This document shows, in pieces, positions 9,467-19,383 of a DNA stretch of 64,000 nucleotides. The stretch is from the IMG/VR virus record IMGVR_UViG_3300009529_000001, positions 45,579 through 109,578 of that record; one strand, written 5' to 3'. Below the pieces are notes generated by a model. That model made no database searches. It saw nothing but the letters and a program-made list of their open reading frames with translations, and was not told the DNA's origin. Position numbers and translations under genes: made by a program. Within the stretch, counting starts at the first letter, position 1, and every line of letters begins with the position of its first letter. This stretch comes from a virus.

Positions 9467-9977
9467 GATATTGATAGACCTTGACGGTGTGCTTGCTGAA
9501 AACGGAGCGTTTCCTGAAGTTGGTGAACCGACTAAAGGAATGCGTGATTTTGTTGAAAAATGTATAACGAAAGGAATTAAAGTAATATTATGGTCAGCGC
9601 GGTTTAATGGTGGTGAAGAAGGACATAATCAATTTGGAACAACTTGTAGAGATCAACTTTTAAAAGTTAATGATTGGATTTTTAATGAATTTAAGTCTGC
9701 GGTTAATGATTTTTGTGTTCACGAAAAAGCTTGGAGTGAAGCAGATCATCATGCTGATGTATTAATTGATGATAGATGTATAGAATTTTTAAATGCTGAT
9801 TATTTAGAAAAAAGATTGTTTGAAAGCAGAGATGAAATATTAGCTAAAGCTATGTATGAAGAAACAAAAGATGAAGATTTTAATATCGTGTGTGACGTTG
9901 AAGTAGCAGATGGTGAAGGCTTTGATAAAGAATACATTTTAATGCGTGTTTTGGAAATGAGAGCAAAGGATAAATAA
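9450..9977 (+). CDS. HAD-superfamily phosphatase/nucleotidase-like protein
   Basis: IDLDGVL, WSAR, ADVLIDDR motifs. Confidence 0.75.
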   Translation: MKKLSKILIDLDGVLAENGAFPEVGEPTKGMRDFVEKCITKGIKVILWSARFNGGEEGHNQFGTTCRDQLLKVNDWIFNEFKSAVNDFCVHEKAWSEADHHADVLIDDRCIEFLNADYLEKRLFESRDEILAKAMYEETKDEDFNIVCDVEVADGEGFDKEYILMRVLEMRAKDK

Positions 9978-10318
9978 TGTCAATATATTTTACAGATTTT
10001 AAAGTTCAAATTAAGAAAGAAAATCTTCCCGATGGATGGGATGTACAAAAAAAATATAAAGTTCTTGCAATTGAAGAAGAAGAGACCACTGTTACCATAG
10101 ATAAAAATGCGAGTATTAGAAAAAGAATAAAAAATCTTAAACCTTCTGAAATTGATGAAGACGATGAAGATGCCATTGAAGAAAGGTTTGAAGTACCTAT
10201 GAATGAAAGCAATGAAAGAAAAGAAGTACAAACAATTCTTTATTTTTTACTTGGTAATCTAAAAACTGGAGAGTTAAGATTTTTTGCGGATGAAGAAGTA
10301 AAGTATGCTGAAGACTAA
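9977..10318 (+). CDS. hypothetical acidic protein
   Basis: Coupled ORF. Confidence 0.6.
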   Translation: MSIYFTDFKVQIKKENLPDGWDVQKKYKVLAIEEEETTVTIDKNASIRKRIKNLKPSEIDEDDEDAIEERFEVPMNESNERKEVQTILYFLLGNLKTGELRFFADEEVKYAED

Positions 10319-10366
10319 AGAATGATATTAACATATAGACTTTAAGACTTATAAGAGGAGAAGTAA

Positions 10367-10744
10367 ATGCCGTTGGCAGAAATGATAAATGTAACTGATA
10401 TTCCACTTGACCCTTATGGATTAAAATATGTTGTAATCGCAGTAGTTGTCATTTTGACTTTAGTATTTGGATTTGTTCTAAAACTTCGGAATGGGAAAAA
10501 TAAATCAAATTCTACTTCAAATCCAACAGACAAAGAAACTTGTGCCAGTGCCCGGACAAGATTAGAACTTGCAGAAAAAACACAGCAAGATCAATGGAAA
10601 ACTATTAATGATACTAAAGACACTGTTATAAGGACTGAAGAAAAAGTAAAGAATATAGAAGGAAAAATAAACGTTGTAGAACAAAAAGTAAGTGGAATGG
10701 AACAGGACGTAACTCGTATAGCACAAAAAATTCTTGAGGAGTAG
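10367..10744 (+). CDS. single-TM coiled-coil protein
   Basis: YVVIAVVVILTLVFGFVL TM segment, heptad C-terminus, RBS AGGAG. Confidence 0.6.
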   Translation: MPLAEMINVTDIPLDPYGLKYVVIAVVVILTLVFGFVLKLRNGKNKSNSTSNPTDKETCASARTRLELAEKTQQDQWKTINDTKDTVIRTEEKVKNIEGKINVVEQKVSGMEQDVTRIAQKILEE

Positions 10745-10747
10745 AAA

Positions 10748-11080
10748 ATGGCTTCTTATACTTTACGTGAAAACAAATGTAGATTAATGTCAATTGCCAC
10801 TACAACAATTGACGAATTATTATTTAGAAAAAACGGTCTTTTAAGAAATTTAGATAGTACAAATTCTCTTGTTCTTGTAGATGAATCTGTTGGAAATGCT
10901 GCCGATGATGCAGATGTAATAACTGCTTTAAATGATGCTACAACTCCATTAGAGAGTAAAATTGTTATTCCAGCCGGAAATGATTTACCTGTGAGACATT
11001 TTAGAAGAATGTTTGTAAAAGCTATTGGCGGTGATATTCTTCTTCAGTGGATTCCGTTAAGGCCAGTTTCTGGTGCTTAA
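10748..11080 (+). CDS. hypothetical protein
   Basis: RBS GAGGAG; last gene of rightward block. Confidence 0.6.
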   Translation: MASYTLRENKCRLMSIATTTIDELLFRKNGLLRNLDSTNSLVLVDESVGNAADDADVITALNDATTPLESKIVIPAGNDLPVRHFRRMFVKAIGGDILLQWIPLRPVSGA

Positions 11081-11087
11081 AAACAGA

Positions 11088-11176
11088 ATATTAGCTCTCT
11101 TTTCCTCTCTTTGTTTGCCAAATTTCATTCAAATCTTCTTTAATCTATCTTCAAATCCTCAAAGAGAGCTAATATT
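11088..11176. terminator. inverted repeat between convergent genes
   Basis: AATATTAGCTCTCTTT ... AAAGAGAGCTAATATT arms separated by a ~57-nt pyrimidine-rich spacer. Confidence 0.45.
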
Positions 11177-11178
11177 GT

Positions 11179-11391
11179 CTAATCTTTAAATCCCCAAAAT
11201 TTATTAGGGAGAGGTGGTAAGTTCATTGGTGAATCGTTATCGTCAGAATTCCACCATACAATGATTGTTAATATCATTGTAAAAATTATACTGAAAACAA
11301 TACATCCTAATATTAGTAAAATCAAAGGCCAAAGCCAAGACAATATCCACATTATTATACAGAAAAAAAGTTTTCCAAGTGCATCTAACAT
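11179..11391 (-). CDS. small hydrophobic membrane protein
   Basis: Long hydrophobic stretch; own promoter and GGAG RBS. Confidence 0.55.
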   Translation of the reverse strand: MLDALGKLFFCIIMWILSWLWPLILLILGCIVFSIIFTMILTIIVWWNSDDNDSPMNLPPLPNKFWGFKD

Positions 11392-11427
11392 TATAATCTC
11401 CAGATAACTGCCCTAACCTTTGTGCAT

Positions 11428-11466
11428 ATAATAACTACTGGAATTTCTCATTACAACTCTTTTTTG
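11428..11466 (-). promoter_or_regulatory. leftward sigma70-like early promoter
   Basis: A-tract-GAG-TTGTAA-17 bp-TATTAT on the minus strand. Confidence 0.6.
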
Positions 11467-11515
11467 TAAATCCTCTGATTAGGTTTTACGAAATCAAACA
11501 ATTTTATTCTTTAAT

Positions 11516-11556
11516 ATTAAAAACTACTTGTAAAATGATTTTCAAAGTGTTATACC
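11516..11556 (+). promoter_or_regulatory. early promoter
   Basis: ATTAAAAAC-TAC-TTGTAA-17-TATACC with extended TG. Confidence 0.7.
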
Positions 11557-11597
11557 ATTAATAAGGCAACACAAACACTTTTGAAAGGAAAAATGTT

Positions 11598-11954
11598 ATG
11601 GCAAAGCGAAAGAGAAAAGTCAACAAGTTGAGTAAATGGCAGTTTGGAAGATTGAAGGGTTGGTTGAACAAGTTGGATTTTGATAGACGAACTGATATTG
11701 ATACGGCAAAGGGAGCAAAAAAGGCTTTAGGCTTTAAAGTAACAAAAAATAATGTTAAAGGGGCGAGAGAAAAGATTGGTGTTTTCCGAAACAAAGGTGG
11801 TAGAATTATTGAAGACAAAAGAGATTCTGATTCTAAAGCTGCTGCTGTGCCAAAATCTCCTGTAAAAGGTATTGCGTCTCGCCTTCGGAACCTTGAAGAA
11901 AAGATTAACATTCTCGATGGGAAAATAGATAAACTTTTTGCAGTTTGGAGTTAA
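11598..11954 (+). CDS. hypothetical basic early protein with C-terminal coiled coil
   Basis: First gene after promoter; RBS AAGGA. Confidence 0.65.
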   Translation: MAKRKRKVNKLSKWQFGRLKGWLNKLDFDRRTDIDTAKGAKKALGFKVTKNNVKGAREKIGVFRNKGGRIIEDKRDSDSKAAAVPKSPVKGIASRLRNLEEKINILDGKIDKLFAVWS

Positions 11955-11956
11955 AA

Positions 11957-12292
11957 ATGGCAAGACCAAAGTCAATAATCCCATACGTTTGTATTAGCAT
12001 AAAAATTCATAGCTATTTTAATTCAACTGCTATTACAAAATGTAAGATTGGAAAGAATACTTCTGTAATCATTAAGATTAATAAGAAGAAGACTAGGCTT
12101 TATTTTAAGTTCAACAAAAAAGGAAAAGGAATAAATGTTGGTGCTCCCACAAAAGTTAATCAAGCTATATTTGGCTTAAGAAGAGTTTTCGAGAAATTTG
12201 GTTGTAAAATTGAAGGGAAGTTTCGATTGAAGCGAGATAAAAAGAAGAAAATATGGTTTGCAAAGTTGAACAAACCTATGGGAGAAAAATAA
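11957..12292 (+). CDS. hypothetical basic protein
   Basis: RBS GGAG before ATG 11957. Confidence 0.55.
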   Translation: MARPKSIIPYVCISIKIHSYFNSTAITKCKIGKNTSVIIKINKKKTRLYFKFNKKGKGINVGAPTKVNQAIFGLRRVFEKFGCKIEGKFRLKRDKKKKIWFAKLNKPMGEK

Positions 12293-12483
12293 TGGATAAC
12301 TACTGTATTTATCACTTTACAAATTCTAGCGGAAGTAAAGAGTTTGTTGTAATTTCGGCAGAAAGAATAGATCTTATTGAAAAAGAATATGAAGAAAATG
12401 ACATTTTATTAGATTCGCATTGTGAAATTGATGGAGATGCTATAACTTTTCCTTGTGATCGACCTTTAAGAACAGGATTTTAA
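12292..12483 (+). CDS. hypothetical protein
   Basis: Coupled TAATG start. Confidence 0.5.
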   Translation: MDNYCIYHFTNSSGSKEFVVISAERIDLIEKEYEENDILLDSHCEIDGDAITFPCDRPLRTGF

Positions 12484-12501
12484 CATGTCAAGGATTAAGT
12501 A

Positions 12502-13224
12502 ATGGATAGAAATCGCGCTATTGATTTAATTGGAAAAATCCAACGTCTGTTGGAACCCGGTAGTGGTGCTACTGAAGGAGAAATGCAAGCTGCTGCTAGT
12601 GCAGTTCAACGATTGTTAAAAAATCACAATTTGTCTATGATCGATGTAGAAGATTCCAAAACGAAAGAAAAAGCTGGTAAAAAAGGTCATGATATTGGAC
12701 AACGTGAAGGGATGGTCAGAAAAAGAAGCAGTTTGCCAAAGTTTGAAAAGATTTTGATTAATATAGTTGCAAAAGCTTGTGAATGTCAATGTTATTTGCA
12801 GCAAGAATGGTCTGGTAAAGGACATGGAAAAGTTTGGCGAATATTCTTTATTGGAGATCAATTTGATATAATTGTTGCAGGAGAATTATATACTTACTTG
12901 AACAAAGCCATCAATAAAATGGCCAGTAAAAGTTATCCTAAACAATACTCAAAACAAAATTCATTCTGGTATGGATGTATTGACAGATTAGGAAAGCGTT
13001 TTGAAAAAGAAGCTGAAAAATTTGAAGAAGAACATGGCGAATACGCTATGGTTCTTTTTGATAAAAAAGGCGTTATTGAAAAATGGGTTGATGATAATTT
13101 GAAATTAGTTAGTGGCAAAAGTAAAAAAGGCGGAACAAACGATTTTGATCCTCTTGCCTATGCACATGGACATCATTACGGAAGTAAGCTTGATATATCA
13201 AGCGGAAAACATTTGGAGAATTAG
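12502..13224 (+). CDS. DUF2786-type protein
   Basis: KIQRLL...ATEGEMQAAASAVQRLLKNHNLS N-terminus; SFWYG and AYAHGHHYG C-terminal motifs. Confidence 0.75.
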   Translation: MDRNRAIDLIGKIQRLLEPGSGATEGEMQAAASAVQRLLKNHNLSMIDVEDSKTKEKAGKKGHDIGQREGMVRKRSSLPKFEKILINIVAKACECQCYLQQEWSGKGHGKVWRIFFIGDQFDIIVAGELYTYLNKAINKMASKSYPKQYSKQNSFWYGCIDRLGKRFEKEAEKFEEEHGEYAMVLFDKKGVIEKWVDDNLKLVSGKSKKGGTNDFDPLAYAHGHHYGSKLDISSGKHLEN

Positions 13225-13226
13225 TC

Positions 13227-13445
13227 ATGGCGAGTACAATAGATGAAGATTTAAAAGAACAGGTGGAATTTTTTGCTAAAGCTTCGAGGATTCCTTTGAT
13301 TCTAAACCATGCCTATGGAAAAGTCAGAATATATTGTAAAAAAGAAAAAGGAATGATGGAAGTTTCACCGCGTCTTTCCAAAGGAAACTTGCGTATGTGG
13401 CTTGATGGATTTGAAAAAGCTTTGGAACTAACATCAAACGATTAA
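13227..13445 (+). CDS. hypothetical protein
   Basis: RBS GGAG. Confidence 0.55.
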   Translation: MASTIDEDLKEQVEFFAKASRIPLILNHAYGKVRIYCKKEKGMMEVSPRLSKGNLRMWLDGFEKALELTSND

Positions 13446-13455
13446 TTCAAACAAT

Positions 13456-13496
13456 ATTAAAAACCATTTGCAAATTGATTTTCCTGCGTTTACTAT
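13456..13496 (+). promoter_or_regulatory. early promoter
   Basis: ATTAAAAAC-CAT-TTGCAA-17-TACTAT. Confidence 0.75.
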
Positions 13497-13525
13497 AATA
13501 TAAGGTAAAGCGAAAGGAGACTACT

Positions 13526-13822
13526 ATGGATATTAACACACGTGTCAGTATTAGTTTGTCACCCGGTATTCTAAAAGAAGAAATAGCAAGGGAAGTAGGT
13601 AGAGGGATTCAGGTTGTTGCTAAGGATATCCTTAGCAATATGGATACTGCTGAAATTATCCATGAAGTTATTTCGGAAGAGGAAGGGCTTAACCAATTCA
13701 TCGAAAATGAGATAAGGGGACAGGTAGGTCCAATTGTAAAACGTATCCTAAACAAGGTTATCGAATCCGAGATAGGTGCTCACATTCATGCTAAGGCTAG
13801 GGAGGTTGACAATGCGAGATGA
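13526..13822 (+). CDS. hypothetical protein
   Basis: RBS AAGGAG after promoter. Confidence 0.6.
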   Translation: MDINTRVSISLSPGILKEEIAREVGRGIQVVAKDILSNMDTAEIIHEVISEEEGLNQFIENEIRGQVGPIVKRILNKVIESEIGAHIHAKAREVDNAR

Positions 13823-14138
13823 AATGTATATTGGTTCTTCGCCTATTGACGAAAAATGTGCGCAGTTAGGAACAGATGGGTATTGGGAAAAAGCACAAAA
13901 GGAATGCAGAGCTTTTATCAATCAATTAAGACGAGTGTTTGGTAAAGAACCCGGAAGTGCTCGGTTGATAATTAAACGGAATCCTCACGATTTTGGTACG
14001 TATTTATCTGTCAATTGTTATTATAACGATGGAGACGAGGAAGCATTGGATTATGCTTTAAGATGTGAAGGCGAAACACCTGAAAACTGGGATGACGAAG
14101 CAAGGGAAGAACTCGGTTTGGAAAAGGAGAAAGTATAA
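13812..14138 (+). CDS. conserved phage hypothetical protein
   Basis: IGSSP..E.CAQLG and NPHDFGTY motifs; RBS GGAGG. Confidence 0.65.
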   Translation: MRDEMYIGSSPIDEKCAQLGTDGYWEKAQKECRAFINQLRRVFGKEPGSARLIIKRNPHDFGTYLSVNCYYNDGDEEALDYALRCEGETPENWDDEAREELGLEKEKV

Positions 14139-14253
14139 TGGTAGATTTATCTCAAAGTATTGCTATTTGTTTGATAGGAATTGCACATATTCTTCATTGT
14201 TTGTCCCATCTTCGAAAACAATAGGAAACTTAAGACTAACGGAGGGCTTAACA

Positions 14254-14577
14254 ATGCGTATGAATCAACACATGGGCTTTACCGCTGAAGCCGATGTGTT
14301 TCTTGAAGAATACGCTAAGAAAGTTGGAACGCATCCATGTCCGCATTGTGGTGAAATGACTGATAAAACATTTGAAAAATTGTCGTATAGTTCATACACG
14401 GGAATGTTTCAACAGGAATATCCTCTTCACATATATCTTTTAAAAGACGGATCAACTGTAAAAGAAATTGTGCAGGCTGAACCTTGGTCTTCGGGACCAT
14501 GTTTCTTTATGTGTCTTGAAAGGGATAATGGTAAAAGAATTGGTAAATGGTCACAAGAAGAAATTAACAATGCTTAG
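14254..14577 (+). CDS. conserved phage hypothetical protein with CPHC
   Basis: VQAEPWSSGPCFF motif; RBS GGAGG before ATG 14254. Confidence 0.6.
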   Translation: MRMNQHMGFTAEADVFLEEYAKKVGTHPCPHCGEMTDKTFEKLSYSSYTGMFQQEYPLHIYLLKDGSTVKEIVQAEPWSSGPCFFMCLERDNGKRIGKWSQEEINNA

Positions 14578-14586
14578 AACATAATC

Positions 14587-14937
14587 ATGAACTGTATACC
14601 TCCAGCACAAGCAAATTTTCCAAACAACATAAGTATCATTGTTTTGAATGGACATTGGTTTCGTGTCACAAAATTTTTCACACTTGAAGTTGCGCGAAAG
14701 ATTTATGAAAAACTATTTGAAAATCAGCCAATCACAATTAAATCTCGAACAAACGTTAAAGTCTACAAAGTCAAAAGCAGTAAGGGGGACAAATATTATA
14801 AGATTGTCAATAACGGTAATAATAATTGGACCTGTAACTGTTTAGGCTTTACGTATAGACGAAGATGCCGTCACATTGAAGAATGTAAACAACAGGAAAA
14901 AGGATACAAGGAGTTTAAGAGAAAATGCAAGGAATAA
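14587..14937 (+). CDS. SWIM zinc-finger protein
   Basis: WTCNCLGFTYRRRCRHI. Confidence 0.75.
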   Translation: MNCIPPAQANFPNNISIIVLNGHWFRVTKFFTLEVARKIYEKLFENQPITIKSRTNVKVYKVKSSKGDKYYKIVNNGNNNWTCNCLGFTYRRRCRHIEECKQQEKGYKEFKRKCKE

Positions 14938-15323
14938 AAATACTTTGTTCTGATTGTAGGAAACGTCCTCCTTCAAAAGGAATGAAAACTTGTGCAAAAT
15001 GCAGGAAACGAAAACGTGATTATCACATCAGACAAAGAGACAAAAAAATATGTCCTTGTGGAAAACCTATCACGAAATATACATGGCATTGTAATGATTG
15101 TATGTTGAAGATTAAAGAAAATATGCGTAAACTTCATCAAGAAAGACGCGATAATGGATTTTGTCCTCGATGTGGTAAAGAACTTAACTTGGAAGAAGAA
15201 ATAACTATTCTTCATTTATCTGTATTTACTTGTTTAAAATGTAGAACGAAAAACAAAAAGGCCCGTTTAAAAAGACTGGAGACAAGCAATGTCCAAAAGA
15301 ACTTGCAGGAGAACACAAATTGA
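14925..15323 (+). CDS. Cys-rich multi-zinc-finger protein
   Basis: Repeated CxxC pairs. Confidence 0.6.
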   Translation: MQGIKILCSDCRKRPPSKGMKTCAKCRKRKRDYHIRQRDKKICPCGKPITKYTWHCNDCMLKIKENMRKLHQERRDNGFCPRCGKELNLEEEITILHLSVFTCLKCRTKNKKARLKRLETSNVQKNLQENTN

Positions 15324-15477
15324 AAACATAATCTGTGAACCATTTATGGATTCACGAGATTCTTTTGGACATTGGGCTTATTGGTGTGGTTCTAAACAGG
15401 ATGGATGGAGAGCTACTCCTTGCGAACACATTAAAGAAGGAAATTATAGTAAAACCAAAAGGAGAAAATTAAAATAG
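15289..15477 (+). CDS. hypothetical protein
   Basis: RBS GGAG. Confidence 0.45.
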   Translation: MSKRTCRRTQIENIICEPFMDSRDSFGHWAYWCGSKQDGWRATPCEHIKEGNYSKTKRRKLK

Positions 15478-15489
15478 GATTCAATAAAC

Positions 15490-15530
15490 ATTAAAAAGGA
15501 GTTGCAATAGGAAGTTCATGCTGTTATAAA
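15490..15530 (+). promoter_or_regulatory. early promoter
   Basis: ATTAAAAAGGAG-TTGCAA-17-TATAAA. Confidence 0.7.
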
Positions 15531-15566
15531 CAGTGTATAAGGCCAGTAGGCTAAAAGGAAATTGTT

Positions 15567-17168
15567 ATGCCCATCCCGAATTGTCCTCAATGCGAAGCAC
15601 CTATGAAAAAACGTATTCGGAAGAGTGATAATTCATTCTTCTGGGGATGTCCCAATTATTTTGATAAGGGATGCAAGGGTTTTCGTCTCTACAGAGATGA
15701 AGATAGAGCCGAAAGAAAAAAGATCATACCTTCTAAATACCAGGAAGCTATTTTTGATTGGATTAAGGAAAGTAAAGGTCATGCTTTTGTAGAAGCTGTT
15801 GCTGGTTCGGGGAAGACCAGCACTATCGAAATGTCCTTAGATTACCTATCGAAGAAGGATCAACGACAGACGATCTTCTGTGCTTTTAATAGGCACATAG
15901 CCAATGAGCTACAATCACGTGTCCCTGCGGGAGTGAGAGCGTCAACAATACATTCCCTAGGCTTTAACGCCATAAATAAATCATTCGACGAAAAACCTAT
16001 GGTAGATAGTAAAAAGTTAATCAATATCATTAACGAAGTACTTGAACCCATACAATTTGATAAGTTGCAGACGAGAAAAGTTGTATTTGATATTCTTCAA
16101 AGATTGATTCCATTAGTCAAAGCTACACTGAAAAATCCTTCTAAAAGAAAAACAATGGAAAAGTTGTGTGAGCGTTATAGTATTGAGACTAACGGCGGAT
16201 TCAATATAGCTTTTCCGCTAATCGAAGAAGTATTAACAAAATGCAGAGAATACAAGTCTGTCATTGACTTCGATGATATGATTTGGTTGCCAGTGATTGA
16301 AAAAATTCCTGTTGAAAAATTCAAATGGATATTTGTCGATGAAGCGCAAGACTTAAATGCTTGCCAAATGGAATTTATCATGAAAATGCGCAAACGAGGA
16401 ACGAGAATTGTTTGCGTAGGGGATCGTCATCAGTCCATCTACGGCTTTAGAGGGGCTGACTTCCAAGCTGTACCAAAACTCATAAAGAAGTTAAAAGCCA
16501 AATGTCTACCTCTTAGTATTTGCTATCGTTGTGGAAAAACGATAGTTGAATATGCGAAGAGGATTGTTCCGCATATTGAAGCGTGGGATGAACAGGAAGA
16601 CGGTGTTGTAGAAAGTTTACCATCAATGCAAACTACTCAAGAAATGGAATATGGAAATATGGTTATGTGTAGAATCAACGCACCATTGATTCCGCTGGCT
16701 TATAGATTGATCAAAATGGATAAGAAGGTCGTAATTCGTGGAAGAGATATCGGTAAAGGATTAATAAATTTAATAGAAAAACTTGGCGGAACAACAGTTG
16801 AAGAATTGATTGTGCGTATCCAGGAATACCGAGCAAAGGAAATGAGAAAATTAGCATTAGCAAAGAAAGAAAACCAGCTTCAGACTCTTGAAGATAAATG
16901 TGATACGCTTATTGCTTTAACAGAAGGTATGAATAGTATTGCGGAGATCAAAAGCCGTATCGAATCAATCTTTAGCGATGATGTAACTGGCATTATTTTG
17001 AGCTCAATCCACAGAGCAAAAGGATTGGAAGCTGATACTACATTTATTCTTGAGCCCGGATTGTTACCGTTTCCAAAAGCTAAGGGCGAGAATCAAATGC
17101 AGCAAGAAAAAAACCTTGAGTATGTCTGCTACACTAGGGCGAAAAAAAGAATGGTATTTATAAGATAG
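15567..17168 (+). CDS. UvrD/Rep-like SF1 helicase with N-terminal topoisomerase-type C4 zinc ribbon
   Basis: CPQC...FWGCPNY..C; AVAGSGKT; VDEAQD; VGDRHQSIYGFRGA; SIHRAKGLE; YVCYTRAK. Confidence 0.9.
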   Translation: MPIPNCPQCEAPMKKRIRKSDNSFFWGCPNYFDKGCKGFRLYRDEDRAERKKIIPSKYQEAIFDWIKESKGHAFVEAVAGSGKTSTIEMSLDYLSKKDQRQTIFCAFNRHIANELQSRVPAGVRASTIHSLGFNAINKSFDEKPMVDSKKLINIINEVLEPIQFDKLQTRKVVFDILQRLIPLVKATLKNPSKRKTMEKLCERYSIETNGGFNIAFPLIEEVLTKCREYKSVIDFDDMIWLPVIEKIPVEKFKWIFVDEAQDLNACQMEFIMKMRKRGTRIVCVGDRHQSIYGFRGADFQAVPKLIKKLKAKCLPLSICYRCGKTIVEYAKRIVPHIEAWDEQEDGVVESLPSMQTTQEMEYGNMVMCRINAPLIPLAYRLIKMDKKVVIRGRDIGKGLINLIEKLGGTTVEELIVRIQEYRAKEMRKLALAKKENQLQTLEDKCDTLIALTEGMNSIAEIKSRIESIFSDDVTGIILSSIHRAKGLEADTTFILEPGLLPFPKAKGENQMQQEKNLEYVCYTRAKKRMVFIR

Positions 17169-17177
17169 GAGATTGTT

Positions 17178-17735
17178 ATGATTGAATGGGAAAATATTAT
17201 AGATGGAGACGACTACTCTGCATTTGGACCCGAAGAAGATACGGGCGAAATGAAGTTTAGAGTCCAAATTAAAGTAGATAATCTTGATTCTGCTGCTGGT
17301 GAATTAGCATGGTATGGACAAGTTAATGTTGTAAAAAATCCTTTTCAAATACCAAAAGAAGAATTTGAAAAAGCATTAAGATTAATGGGTTTTGATTCTG
17401 AAGGGCCAGAGATTACTGGTTTAAATGAACTAGCACTATATGAAATATTATCGTCATACGGAATACATGCTACGGTCTTTCAGTGTCTTGCATGGTATGG
17501 GAAGCCAAAAGATCTTAGTTGGGGTCAAGGAATGATTACTATGGATTTTATCAACGAAGACGAGGATTGGGAACCCGCTTTTGAGTGGGTAAAGAAAAAA
17601 GTAGAAGAAGAAGCACAAGGTGTTTATATCATGTTAGGTATGTATCTTGATCGTGTTTTGAATAAAATAGGTTCCACAGGTTGGGACTTTATCAACGGCG
17701 ATGTTCTTAGGCCGATAAGGGAGATGAAAAAATGA
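17178..17735 (+). CDS. hypothetical acidic protein
   Basis: RBS AGGAG. Confidence 0.6.
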   Translation: MIEWENIIDGDDYSAFGPEEDTGEMKFRVQIKVDNLDSAAGELAWYGQVNVVKNPFQIPKEEFEKALRLMGFDSEGPEITGLNELALYEILSSYGIHATVFQCLAWYGKPKDLSWGQGMITMDFINEDEDWEPAFEWVKKKVEEEAQGVYIMLGMYLDRVLNKIGSTGWDFINGDVLRPIREMKK

Positions 17736-18067
17736 AAGATGATGAAGTGAAGCGGCCGGAAGATCCGTTTACTCAAATAACTAAAGAGGCAGAAATACAA
17801 CCGTATCCGATTCAGAGAGAAGGGAATAAGCTTGTTTGTACCGCTTGTGGTGAAAGAATGTGGATGGGAGTTTTTCCAGGATATCGTCCTATCGTTTGGA
17901 GTTTTCAATCTGAGGATGGTACCACTACCCTAAAGTGCATTTGCGGGAATGTAAGTTCCATCGAAGGACCTCCGAAACAGTTTCTTCTCTTGTTAAAAAT
18001 TGGAGAAAAGATTTTATTCACAAATGTAACAAAAATCATTGGTGTATTACTAACCCAGAATTTTTAA
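17732..18067 (+). CDS. hypothetical zinc-binding protein
   Basis: CTAC / CICG; ATGA overlap. Confidence 0.55.
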   Translation: MKDDEVKRPEDPFTQITKEAEIQPYPIQREGNKLVCTACGERMWMGVFPGYRPIVWSFQSEDGTTTLKCICGNVSSIEGPPKQFLLLLKIGEKILFTNVTKIIGVLLTQNF

Positions 18068-18077
18068 AGGATTAATT

Positions 18078-18269
18078 ATGTCTAATTTTAAAAAGGAAAA
18101 AAAAATGGTTAAATTCAGTAGATGGTGGTATCGTTTTCGTGGAAATTTTTACGCTTATGGTCCTACTACTAAAAAATTTAGTTCTGAAAGAAAAGTACGA
18201 GCACATCTACGTGAAGTTTGGGAATGCAAACGTCTCCCTTATGGTACGGAAATTTGGAGAGCTGATTAA
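18078..18269 (+). CDS. hypothetical protein
   Basis: Operon ORF; start may be the second Met. Confidence 0.5.
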   Translation: MSNFKKEKKMVKFSRWWYRFRGNFYAYGPTTKKFSSERKVRAHLREVWECKRLPYGTEIWRAD

Positions 18270-18568
18270 TGGTTAAAAGAACAAAAACTCAGGCTATGAG
18301 GGAAGAACGACTACATAAACTTCCTATGGATGAAAGAATGAAAAGAGTATTGGAAACTATTTGGCAAATAATTGCTTGTGATTGTTTACAGTCGACAGAT
18401 AACGGTATAATGTCACAAGATGAAGTTATCGAAATAGTTCTTGACGCAAGTCGTCCTGAAACATTAGGCGGTGACAAAGAAGCTGCTAAGGAATTAGATA
18501 AAATGTCTTACGAAGATCAGATCAAAATTGCCAAAGAAGTTTTTAAGTATAGGGAATATGGTTATTAG
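18269..18568 (+). CDS. hypothetical protein
   Basis: Coupled ORF. Confidence 0.6.
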   Translation: MVKRTKTQAMREERLHKLPMDERMKRVLETIWQIIACDCLQSTDNGIMSQDEVIEIVLDASRPETLGGDKEAAKELDKMSYEDQIKIAKEVFKYREYGY

Positions 18569-18571
18569 GAG

Positions 18572-18790
18572 ATGATGATGGCTAATACGATGACTAAAAG
18601 ACAGCTTGAGGTTCTAGTATACGCTGCAATTAGACGATTGCGAAAATATAAGGAACGTATGCAGACTCATGATACAGATGAAGCTAAACGTATTGTATTG
18701 AAAACCAGCGGACAACTTGAAGCTTTAGAAGATGTATATTCTGCAATGCAAGGTAATCCAGTTCTATTAAAAATGATAGCAGAAGAATAG
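18572..18790 (+). CDS. hypothetical protein
   Basis: RBS AGGAG. Confidence 0.55.
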   Translation: MMMANTMTKRQLEVLVYAAIRRLRKYKERMQTHDTDEAKRIVLKTSGQLEALEDVYSAMQGNPVLLKMIAEE

Positions 18791-18801
18791 GGAGGTAAAT
18801 C

Positions 18802-19068
18802 ATGGATAAAGTATCTGGTGATGAACTTGCAAGTGTCGTAGAAAATTCTTTAAATACGTATAATTTCACCGAAGATATTGAAAAATTTGTAGAACGAATG
18901 AGTTGTTCTCATAGGACTTTACAACAAACTTTCACAAGACTTTGTATTAAATGGTTAACTCATCTTTCTGAAGTAGGAAATAATTACGATCTTAGAAATG
19001 AAGCTAGTGTAGATTTTACTAAGTCTATCAAAAAAGAATTGAACAAAGCAGCACTACCATTTATCTAA
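18802..19068 (+). CDS. conserved phage hypothetical protein
   Basis: HRTLQQ.F.R and DLRNEAS motifs; RBS GGAGG. Confidence 0.65.
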   Translation: MDKVSGDELASVVENSLNTYNFTEDIEKFVERMSCSHRTLQQTFTRLCIKWLTHLSEVGNNYDLRNEASVDFTKSIKKELNKAALPFI

Positions 19069-19078
19069 GGAATAACAA

Positions 19079-19306
19079 ATGTATTTTGTAATCCAAAAAT
19101 GTGGAACTACAGATAATTCATGGGCTATTTTCAAAGTAGGCTCTACAAAACCTACGATGAAAGGATTATCAGAGAATGATGCAAAGTTTCATCAAGAAAA
19201 TCTTAACAAGATTGAAGATGATATAAAAGAGAGTAAACCTGAAGAACCAGATAAGACTTTAACCTTGGCAATTAACGGCTACATAGCCGATAAAGAGCAT
19301 AAATAG
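19079..19306 (+). CDS. hypothetical protein
   Basis: RBS AAGGA. Confidence 0.5.
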   Translation: MYFVIQKCGTTDNSWAIFKVGSTKPTMKGLSENDAKFHQENLNKIEDDIKESKPEEPDKTLTLAINGYIADKEHK

Positions 19307-19362
19307 GATCGTTTTAAGGCCCGTCAGACGTTTCAAACGGGTTAAATGGTATACCGAGTAGG
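19306..19362 (+). promoter_or_regulatory. copy 2 of dispersed intergenic element
   Basis: GGATCGTT-N12-AGACGTTT-N14-GGTATACCGAGTAGG. Confidence 0.5.
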
Positions 19363-19383
19363 TCGTAATATTTTGGAGGTTGT